A stretch of 63,888 nucleotides of DNA, counting the filler, from Lenisia limosa (Eukaryota; Protista; Breviatea): assembly GCA_001655205.1 (NCBI GenBank). It is 13 parts of 13 records of this genome, joined end to end, with 100 filler letters (N's around TTAATTAATTAA, not from the genome) between each part and the next. Parts side by side here need not be neighbours in the genome. Positions count along the whole stretch, not along the records: positions 7,725 to 28,265 come from LPNZ01010345.1; positions 28,366 to 32,776 come from LPNZ01003153.1; positions 32,877 to 34,722 come from LPNZ01002981.1; positions 34,823 to 39,102 come from LPNZ01004480.1; 9 more parts are not named here. One strand, written 5' to 3'. The translations under genes were made by a program, and so were the position numbers. Numbering within the stretch: position 1 is the first letter of the stretch; every line of letters starts with the position of its first letter. Of the stretch, positions 25,411 through 35,039 are shown in pieces. The notes beneath the pieces are model-generated. The model had not been told where the DNA came from, did no database searches, and was given only the letters and a program-made list of their open reading frames with translations.

Positions 25411-25498
25411 GTTGATTCAGGATTATGGATAAGTTGTATTCACCGCAACTGTTGTGCTCCGATAAGAGGTGTCAGATTTCCAAATCATCATTTTCAAA
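25411..25498 (-). ncRNA. Box C/D snoRNA copy 1 (LSU rRNA guide, snR48-like target)
   Basis: Minus strand: C box ATGATGA (25491-25485), guide TCTGACACCTCTTAT, D' CGGA, C' GTGAATA, D box CTGA (25420-25417), TTGA/TCAA terminal stem. Guide complements the conserved LSU sequence AGAGGUGUCAGA. Confidence 0.82.
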
Positions 25499-25661
25499 CG
25501 AAAAAGAATAGGGAGGGGGTCTTCAATCTTGGTCATAACTAACCATTGTTAGACAAGAAAGAGGTAGAGTATGGAGAACAGAGTTTCACTCATTGAGGCA
25601 TGGCTTCAGTTCACTGAACGATTAGATTTGTAAGAAAAGAGAGTAGGCGAAAAAATGAAGC

Positions 25662-25748
25662 GTTGATTCAGGATTATGGATAAGTTGTATTCACCGCAAC
25701 TGTTGTGCTCCGATAAGAGGTGTCAGATTTCCAAATCATCATTTTCAA
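25662..25748 (-). ncRNA. Box C/D snoRNA copy 2
   Basis: 87 nt identical to copy 1, in the adjacent intron. Confidence 0.82.
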
Positions 25749-25892
25749 TAAACATGGAGAAAAGACTAAGATCCATACCTGAACTTAAAAAGGGTACCAA
25801 GTAACAGGTGCCTAAGAAGACTCAACTGCTGCCTGAAAGAGTGAGAGGTGGATACTGGTTCGCCACGTGACAAATTGAAAAAGTAGGATAAT

Positions 25893-25979
25893 GTATCCTC
25901 AGATTTAAGGAATATGTATTCACCGTGAATGAATCACTCTGATAAGAGGTGTCAGAATTTCCAAATCTTCATTGGCATA
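25893..25979 (-). ncRNA. Box C/D snoRNA copy 3 (diverged paralog)
   Basis: C box ATGAAGA, same D' guide TTCTGACACCTCTTAT, D' CAGA, a different internal stem GTGA..TCAC, C' GTGAATA, D box CTGA (25902-25899). Confidence 0.78.
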
Positions 25980-26374
25980 CAATTGGTCAACCACCCCAAA
26001 ATACCTTTCAATCTTCTAGGACACGAAAGGGTGCAACATATAGTTTTCATTTTGAAGAAAACAAGTTAAAGAATAGGAATTAAAGGAAAACGAGTTTAAA
26101 TGTAAATGGATGACCAGTTCAGTTCATTCAACAATTAATTGAAACCTACTCCATGAATACCACAATGGACCTTGATACTGTATGTATTTGCACTTTGTAA
26201 TATTCTTTAAGCAAGGCATCATGGTCTAACTTGACTGTACAAACGAAAAATCTCTAATTTATAAATACACGAATTTAGAAATGATCAGGATTGAACTGAA
26301 CTGTTGTCACCTAATTTTCCTTTCACCAATTTTTTCGTTTTAACAGCCGCCCAAACTTTCTTGAGTTCATCAAA

Positions 26375-27026
26375 ATGGTATGTTTAAACGAAAAATAGAG
26401 AGCAAATTCTTACGTTTTTCAGTCTTCCGGTGCTGGTGTTTCTGACGAGTGCGTTACCGCTTTCCAAGAGCTTAAGCTCTCTCACTCTCTCCGCTACGGT
26501 ATGTTTCAAGGAAAATTTAAATTTCACGTAATTTTTAGCTGTCGTTCTCTCTAGTGATGCCCCTTATTGACTGTTTTAGTTGTCTTCAAGCTCAACGACG
26601 ACTTCTCTGGTGAGTAAATCTATCGATTTACAAAATTTGAGAGCCTCTTTTCGAGGATCAGCGTAATGTATTTAGAGGTCATTGTTGAGAAGAAGGGTGA
26701 GAACCGCAGCTGCGAGTACTCCGAGTTCACTGACAACCTTCCCGAGGCTGGTATGGTTTCCCTCAATTTCGAATTTTTCTCATCTTTTATCAGACTGCCG
26801 TTACGCCATCTACGATTACGAGTACGACTTCGAGGGCGGAAAGCGCTCCAAGATCCTCTTCGTCGTCTGGGCTCCCGATGCCGCTAAGATCAAGTCTAAG
26901 ATGCTTTACGCTTCCACCAAGGACATCATCCGTAAGAAGTTCGTCGGCATCGGTGTTGAGATCCAGGCCACTGACATCGCTGAGATTGAGAACTCCGAGG
27001 TTCTCGAGAAGGTCAACCGCGTTTAA
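26375..27026 (+). CDS. COF1: ADF/cofilin (actophorin-like)
   Basis: ATG-only first coding exon, then SSGAGVSDECVTAFQELKL..RYVVFKLND..DCRYAIYDYEY..KILFVVWAPDAAKIKSKMLYASTKD..EIQATD; stop TAA at 27026. Confidence 0.96.
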
Positions 27027-27209
27027 AATGTTTATTTAATATCATCAATATAATTATAATTAAAAGGGTCAGAATACTGGTCTTTGTATATGTTTTAGAT
27101 GGATGTTCCCACTCTTATTTGGTTTGCATGTTAGATGTTTATTAATACGATGACAGTTTGGCAGAAGTCTATATGATAAGAAATATATTAGATAAATGAG
27201 AGACAAATA

Positions 27210-28213
27210 CTCCATTACTAGAGGAGAGGTGTTATTGGGGGGCTAGCAAATATGGTACTTGAGGTAGAAGAAAGAGCTGACAAGGCAGTCCTTACGTCTT
27301 GGAGTTCAGATGCACGCGCGTATCCCTAGGCATTAGAGTAGCAAAAGGTGAGCGAATGGTGGAGATAATAGTCAAATATATGTGATGTGTGAATCAATGG
27401 GGGNNNNNNNNNNNNNNNNNNNNNNNNNNNNNNNNNNNNNNNNNNNNNNNNNNNNNNNNNNNNNNNNNNNNNNNNNNNNNNNNNNNNNNNNNNNNNNNNN
27501 NNNNNNNNACTTTCACACAATTCTCACCAAATTTCAAAACTCAAAAATGCTGAAATTCTCTCAAGAACTTTAAAAATCTTTTTTAAAAAAATTTGAAATA
27601 TCCACAAATTAAGTCCTGATGACGTGGCAGTTCTCATACCTGCTTTAAAGGGAACTTATCTAGAAGTTGGCTTGTGGCATACCTCTTTTACGGCCTCTTG
27701 TAACATTGTGAAGTCTGTTTGTCGAGACTCAAACGCCGCAACATTACGTACCAAATCGCTATCACCGCAGTAGAGAGTTTTCAACACTCGTTCTCTGGAG
27801 ATGTCAAATAATCCTCTTATCGGAAACTGTTAATTGAAAGTGAACTACGTATTGTATACTATCAGTACTATGGTATGAAACCTTCATCTTGATTATACAA
27901 ATATCGTCGTCAGCTTTGACAAGGCATTCCCTTATTATATTGCCCAATGCTAATTCGGCTGGTAATTTACCAAATATAGTCGTGATAAGCCCCCTCGTCC
28001 GCACCTAAACCAAGGCTCGCCAGCATTCTGGGTTGGGTTTTCAGGGTCCAGGGCCTCCCAAGACTCGGCAACATCAGCGGTAGTGCGAGGCTTGTCAACT
28101 GTGGTAGATAGCGAGTCAGACTGGGTTTTAATACTGCCCCATTTCAGCATATCCGGAGAAACATCAAGGAGTAAATGGTCTGGCCGTGCGGAGACTGACG
28201 GAGCATGGGTCAC
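27210..28213 (-). CDS. Hypothetical spliced gene fragment
   Basis: Exons AESWEALDPENPTQNAGEPW, AELALGNIIRECLVKADDDI and FPIRGLFDISRERVLKTLYCGDSDL with GT-AG boundaries. Confidence 0.4.
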
Positions 28214-28639
28214 TACTTCTGTAATGGCTGTTCGAAGGGTTCGAGCTCTGGGGGGGGGGGGGGGGNNNNNNNNNNNNNNNNNNNNNNNNNNNNNNNNNNN
28301 NNNNNNNNNTTAATTAATTAANNNNNNNNNNNNNNNNNNNNNNNNNNNNNNNNNNNNNNNNNNNNCGTAACAGACCGGCAAACATATCGCCCCCCAGCCC
28401 AAGTCACCTTCGTAACAGACCGGCAAACATCTTCACGGCTCTTCGGGCCATTCCCAAAATTATGATCAAGCAACGCTGTTCTACTTTGTCGCTACATCGG
28501 TCACAGTTGAATTATGACAACAATTAATTTATAGATGAACAAGGGACTGAAGTCAAGGTGTTGATTTCTGTGGAAAGATTTTTTATTGCAATGCCGAAAA
28601 GCTGAGTGATTGGTTAGTAGTTACCATCATTTTGACAAT

Positions 28640-31600
28640 CATAAGCATACCAGCTGTTCAGCTTCCCTCTCCTTCTCCTTCAGTTCAGTTTTACGTGATC
28701 GGGCCTCTTCCTTTAGGGCTTCTTTCAGTCGCTCCTCCTTCTCTTGCATTTGATGATTCTGTCGCAGGGGGTAAGGTTGTAGAAGATTGATAAGGAAATA
28801 AACCGTACTAAACAAGCATAGAATGTGATATTAAACCAGAGAAGTTAACAATGATCTCGCAATATAAGGAAATGAAAGGGTAAATTAACATCGGGCTTAC
28901 TGGGGTTTTCTTGACCATTGTGAGAATCAGTTTCCCAGTTACTCCCCTCGATGCTTTCGACCTTTTTCATTAAATCGTTTAATGAATAAACAGTTAGAAT
29001 AAAAAACACCGTACAGCCAAGCAAATGAGTTGATATATAAACCCATATATCTAGTGATATGATCATATGAACGACTTTCAAGTCGAAATAATGAACGAAG
29101 ATAACTATTAGAGTATCATTGAAACTTGTCAGTCAATTATCATACGAGTGGATATGAGATGTCATATCACTGCGTGGATTTTTTGGTTAGTTCACACACA
29201 TGAAAATGATCCAAAAAGTAAAAAGTGATATGAACATTTTTTTACATGATATAGTAGTATAGGTTGGTGGTTAAAACCGCGAACATGATTAAAACCGCGA
29301 ACAAGCCAAAAATCGTCATAAATCGCTTCAATAACACCCTTTTTAGTGCGATAATTTGCAAAAAAATGCGAAAGAGGCGTAAATAAGGAGCGTATTGACT
29401 CAAAAATTGAAAGAAAAGCCTCCTTTTTGTTCGCGGTTTCAATCATATTCGCGGTTTTAACTATATATATATACATGATATAATATGTTAACCCATATTC
29501 ACTGATTTGGTGGATCATTTGACTGATGATTTTCATTTATTGCGTAAAGTGATCCTCCCCACTTTTGGAAATCTACTTCTTCAGGAAGGGAAAGCTGAAG
29601 AACGTGTCTGTTCTTTCTAACTATTCGAACCTAAATGAGTAGTGTAAGCAGTATGGAACTGAAAAGACTCACAAATGATGTAATGTATCATAATTATTAT
29701 AATACTCTAAAAGGGAACAAGTAGACACTATATTCCTATTCTTAACACCTCCAAAAATGTTCTCCGCAACTCCCATACATACATAGTCAACTTGAAGGTC
29801 CACGTTCAGCGCATCGGTGGCCAAAAACCGCCCAACCTAAATCGGTAAAGTGTTTCACTGCTTTATTCACCCTAAAGCAGCACTCTAACCTTACTGTTAT
29901 ATTCTTCAAAAACGTACTTACCTGGACTTCCAAAATGATGTTTTTCCAGGTTTCCTCAAATGTGAAGGGCCTTAGAGGTAAGGAAATCGTAAGATAGAAA
30001 AATATAACAAGAGAAATCATTAAATAGTACTGATGGAATCCCCACATTTGACCATTGTTACATTGTAGAATGCTTCCGTCCTTCTTATAAACTGGTACTT
30101 CTAAAAACAATAAAAACAGGCACAAAATATTATCGTGAAGGTACATTAGCTGGTCCATGTCAAAATGGGTGATATTTCAAAGATTTGTTATCAAGCCTTT
30201 GGTTCAAAAACAGTAGTACTATGCCTTTTTAATCGTATTGTCATTCCTCATTGGGAGGAAAGAACTCAAAAAAGCCCCTCGTACGGTCAGGCGTTTTCGG
30301 GGACACATCTTCCTTCCCCATTGTGGTTGGCGTTTTGTTCTTGCTTTCTTCGGCCTGCTTCCTGCGCTCCTCCAGCTCCTTATGCTCTCGAAACCGCTGC
30401 TCCGCAGTGTACTCACTGAATGTTTAAGATGGTACCGTTTAACACTCTTGTCAGATGTAGCTACATGATGTGTTCTGTTTATAAGCCTTATTTCTAAAGA
30501 AAAAGGGTGGTGAGGAGAACTTTTAAGAAAACAAAACAAATACTCCGAACTGTTCCAATTTTAATAATACAATATTATTTGAGAAATTATTGTGAATAAA
30601 CTATCCCCACTGTTCGTCATCAGAGTCGGAGTCTTCAAGCAGCCGTTGCTTCTTGAGGTTTTTCTTATGAATTGCTGATTTGACGCTTTTTTCAGCTTGC
30701 TCAAAAACCTGATATGTGAGCGTCAATGATAAAATTAATTACTGTATGGCCCCTCCCCAAAACTTGGGATGCGTTGATGCGTTCAGTTCTAGTAATTTCA
30801 ATACCGTCTAAGACCTAAAGCTATGTAAAAAAAAAAAAACTCAATAACTATCGTTTTTTAGAAGGCAAGAAGTGGCTAGTGGTGGTAGTACAGGTGATTT
30901 GTTTCACATGATCACCCACTTTCAACTGGGGAAGTAGTGCGATGACATACTCCCTATACATAGGGAGTGAAGAACATGGGTTACCCGTAAGATACCTTTT
31001 GGGGTTAGAAATGATATCTTGTAGATACATCACAATTTCAGTAATTGTTAAAGTGCATTCAGTGAGGACCACCCCCCTCCCACAGCTCAACAAGGTTGTA
31101 ATTCTCTTCAAGATTTCTCAGATTGGTAATGTCAAGAATGAAATTGGCAGTAAGATCGAGTTTCTCCAAAGACTCTAAACTGAAGACGAAAATTAGGTGA
31201 AGGGGAAGTTGTCTGAGGAAAATTGTAGAGCTCTTTCCAATTAATATATTGGATCAATTAATTGGCAAAATTTAAATAAAAAAAGGTGATAAATAAAATT
31301 TTAAATATTTTCAATGAGGACCAATTAATTGGCATTTTTTTTAAATAATATATCATCAAAACAATATTTTTCACTGGGAACAAAGACTTTATAAAAGTAT
31401 TGGATCCAAAAAAAATCCATTTTGACCAAATATATCTGATAAAAAACTAGAGCTCAATTAACTTTAGTTTTCCACTTTGAGTAATATGGATGAAGAATTT
31501 AATATTAAGTAGTAAAAAGTAGTTTAAAGATGACGTCACCGAAACTTTTTATGTTGGGATATCCGTGACAATTTTCTGGTAATCTCAAATAGTTTAACAA

Positions 31601-32660
31601 AATAAGCAATAATTAAAGCAAATAAAAACAACTGGGAAAGCTTCTGGGTGTTTGGTCTTTCCTCCCTAACCTCTATAGGCACTTGTCCTTAATTCAATTA
31701 TTTAATATTGATAAACTACCGCGAATTTTGAGGGTTTCCCACTTTCAAACTTCTCGTCCTCGGTCAGTTGCTTTTTTTGTAGAGGAGTCTTCTCACGAGC
31801 CACCTCCACGAGTTGAGCAGAACGTAGTGTAGCGTATGAGTGGAAGTGGCTCGTGAGAAAATTCTCTTGACAGAAAGACAAAATTTAAATTAAATTTTTC
31901 AAAATAAGAGCTGTTGGATATTAATTTTATTTNNNNNNNNNNNNNNNNNNNNNNNNNNNNNNNNNNNNNNTGTTGGATATTAATTTTATTTAAAAAGGAT
32001 AACCTAAAAAAAAAAAAAAAAAAAAATCAATGTGATAGTTCGTTCAGGATATCATATCACTAAAGTATATTGATCATGAACGATATTTGTATAGTATTAC
32101 GATGGTGTCCCTACCGATGAATGTTTTCAATTTTCGTAATGTTGTTGATTGCCAAGTTGAGATACTCCAAACCCTTCAAGCGCCGGAGATTCTCTGAGAA
32201 ATGTGATGAAATGTAGAAAGGAGATCAAAGGTTTGTCTCAGGTCATAACGCCAATAAAACAATCGTAATTTGAGTCAAATATTATCATTCAATCCCCTGT
32301 CTACACTCCTCATGATGAAATCAAGGAAATAGGCTGGATATTAATGTAGAAGATAGCCATACCCGATCCTACCAATTTTAGGAATTAAGTTATTTTGAAG
32401 GAGCAAGATTTTCAGTTTTGGGCAAAAGGACTGTATTGCCTCTATTCTCTCAATGTCTAATTGATGTAAGGCAATCTGAAGAGTCACATAAATGCAGAAA
32501 CAGGATCACGTTCATATACCATTTTCTTTTATTGAGTTAATTTACAAACCATCTTTAATGAGCTACACCAAATGTTACAACCGACCTCTTCCAGAGTCGC
32601 AAGAATTCCCTCATTATGCTCGGACTTGGACTTGAGCAGCTGCTCTGTAATGAACACCAT
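28640..32660 (-). CDS. DNAAF11: Dynein axonemal assembly factor 11 (LRRC6/TilB/Seahorse)
   Basis: MVFITEQLLKSKSEHNEGILATLEE|IALHQLDIERIE..KILLLQNNLIPKI|ENLRRLKGLEYLNLAINNITKIENI..LEKLDLTANFI..YLTGNPC..YREYVIALLPQLK|VLDGIEI, followed by a CS-like region (NVDLQVDYVRI..LQLSLPEEV, SRGVTGKLILTMVK). Colinear with LRRC6 throughout; last exon not resolved. Confidence 0.92.
29270..29461. mobile_element. MITE-like element with ~38-bp TIRs in a DNAAF11 intron
   Basis: Left GTTAAAACCGCGAACATGATTAAAACCGCGAACAA; right end is its near-perfect reverse complement TTGTTCGCGGTTTCAATCATATTCGCGGTTTTAAC. Confidence 0.8.
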
Positions 32661-32889
32661 TTGACTCGATTTTCACTCTTGTTCTTCTGGGGACTGTAAA
32701 TTTGGGAACACATATCCAAAATTGTTACCATTTTGTTTTCAAGTGTTTGTAAGCTCAATCAATACATATATACATANNNNNNNNNNNNNNNNNNNNNNNN
32801 NNNNNNNNNNNNNNNNNNNNTTAATTAATTAANNNNNNNNNNNNNNNNNNNNNNNNNNNNNNNNNNNNNNNNNNNNAACCCCCTCTCTC

Positions 32890-34290
32890 CAACCATATGC
32901 AGGAGCGATGTTGCCGACAAGGACGTCTTCCACTGCCATTGGTGGAAAACTGGCCACAATCTGCTCCATGGGCCCGGCTCTAAAGAATATAAATGACTGT
33001 GACTCAGATTGCTTGTATCAGTTTCTTTCCAGCTACCCCATTCTCCTTTTTGTCACCTTTCCCTGCTCTCACTCCCTACAACTTTGCACAGTATCCACCC
33101 GCATGGGAGAATCCGTTGAGGGCTAAATGAACAAATGAACAATCTTTGAGTATCTCTCTTCCACCTTCCAAATAGAGCTTCACTTCGGTTCTCAAAAAGA
33201 CTGAATTTCTCGATAAATCCTCGAACACTATTGATATTTTAAAAGTCTTTTTCGAACCGAAGTGAAGCCCTACTTCCATACACCTCTGTCAATTCAGCAA
33301 ATGGAATAGGCCAGTCAAATATACAGTGACCAGATAAGTCTTGCCCAATTTGCTATGTGATATACAGTGACCGGGATAAGTCTTGACCTATTTGCTCAAT
33401 AATTTCTTGAAGAAAACTGGCCAAGACTTATCCCGGTCATATAAGAATGAGAAATAAAAACAAGGTTGAATCCGGCCAAAGCCATTCACATCATCGCCCC
33501 CCCCCCCAACATTGTATAGTGCCCGGGGTGCCTCAATTTGCCATCAAACATCAGTTGCGCGTTGCGTAAATGGGCAAGAAAAACCTGGACAGATTGTTAT
33601 AATGCCTGACAAAAAGTAGAGTGTAATAATAATTCCTGACAAAAAGTAGAGTGTAATAATGCCTGACAAAAAGTAGAATAGAAAACCTGGACAGTAGTGA
33701 AATAATATTTAGTGAAATATTACGGGACTAGAGCTTCACTTCGGTTCAAAAAGACGGAATTTCTCGATAAATCCTCAAAAACTATCGATATAATAAAGGT
33801 CTTTTTCGAACCGAAGTGAAGCTGTAATGGGAACAATATCAGACACTACGGCGTAAAACCCTTCTCTCTTCGCCCCCATACGGGATTCATAGCTGTCATC
33901 TGGAGGTGCGAATATACAGCAAAAGCCCCGAAGACATATTGGCCGGCTGCGGGGGGGGGGGGGGAAATTTNNNNNNNNNNNNNNNNNNNNNNNNNNNNNN
34001 NNNNNNNNNNNNNNNNNNNNNNNNNNNNNNNNNNNNNNNNNNNNNNNNNNNNNNNNNNNNNNNNNNNNNNNNNNNNNNNNNNNNNNNNNNNNNNNNNNNN
34101 NNNNNNNNNNNNNNNNNNNNNNNNNNNNNNNNNNNNNNNNNAAAATATTTCCCAGTAAAACTTGATAGAAATGCCAAATACCCCTCAATCATCATAAAAC
34201 TCGCACTTTTGCGGAAATGGAAGGCGTTGAAGTCTGTATGATAGCGATACGACTCAAGCCGATTCGTGCCCTCGGATCTGACAGGGATTA
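32890..34290 (-). CDS. Hypothetical spliced gene fragment
   Basis: Candidate exons SEGTNRLESYRYHTDFNAFHFRK, GQYVFGAFAVYSHLQM and AGPMEQIVASFPPMAVEDVLVGNIAPAY. Strand and frame not certain. Confidence 0.3.
33173..33272. mobile_element. hAT-type MITE copy
   Basis: TAGAGCTTCACTTCGGTT..AACCGAAGTGAAGCCCTA; flanks CTTCCAAA / CTTCCATA (7/8 TSD). Confidence 0.8.
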
Positions 34291-35039
34291 GATACATGCT
34301 CAAAACAAATATTTACTAGTCATATGAGGAAATCGAATCAATCATACCCATCAATAGTCTTATAATAGGAGCAATGATGACACATATCCACTAGTGATAT
34401 GATCATATGACCGACTTTCAAGTCGAAATGATGAACGAAGATAGCACGAGGGTTTATTCCGAGCCGTGTACACCATCATACTTAAAAGAGATATTGTATT
34501 ATAGTATCCTATTAGTTCACCCAATCATTTGCCTTAAAACTCTGTGCACACAGCTTTCTGCGTGCCTCCCCAGCATACCATAGTTAAATCACGAGACACA
34601 TACAGTCCTATCTTAGCATTTATAAGACATTTCCAGCATTTATAAGACATTTCCTATCTTAGCATTATTCTTATCCAATCCACTCGAGAATATATACATA
34701 CTAATTATAGTTTTCCAATTTTNNNNNNNNNNNNNNNNNNNNNNNNNNNNNNNNNNNNNNNNNNNNTTAATTAATTAANNNNNNNNNNNNNNNNNNNNNN
34801 NNNNNNNNNNNNNNNNNNNNNNATACATTAGACAAAATTTAGTATGTAAACATGCGAAAACCATCATGCTTATAAGAGATATATTAGATTGTAATACTGC
34901 AATCTGTTAGGAAAGAGAAATTAAAACTGACCGCCTGCTCCACCGCTGTTTCTGAGAGATCAGATTATATCGGTAAAACTCTCATGGTATAATATAATCT
35001 ATTAACCTCCAAACACAAAAAAAACCTTTGCAATTCGCC

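Larger units (their letters stand above)
25105..26060 (-). ncRNA. Putative non-coding snoRNA host transcript (short exons; introns 26004-25833, 25778-25614, 25543-25388)
   Basis: Donors GTATTT, GTATGG and GTTAGT; pyrimidine-rich acceptors; 54- and 70-nt internal exons. Both ATGs in the first exon reach a stop within ~18 codons. One C/D snoRNA per intron. Could instead be the 5'UTR of the 24571 gene. Confidence 0.6.

Noticed and set aside
25411-25979. CRISPR-like repeat-spacer pattern
   Set aside because: Repeats are 87 nt, lie in spliceosomal introns, and are explained as C/D snoRNAs.
31911-31991. Direct repeat TGTTGGATATTAATTTTATTT flanking a short gap
   Set aside because: Same sequence on both sides of an N-run is typical of unmerged overlapping contig ends.
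33775-34303. ORF-track entries containing long X runs (here and throughout)
   Set aside because: They are open only because N bases mask stop codons; not evidence of coding.
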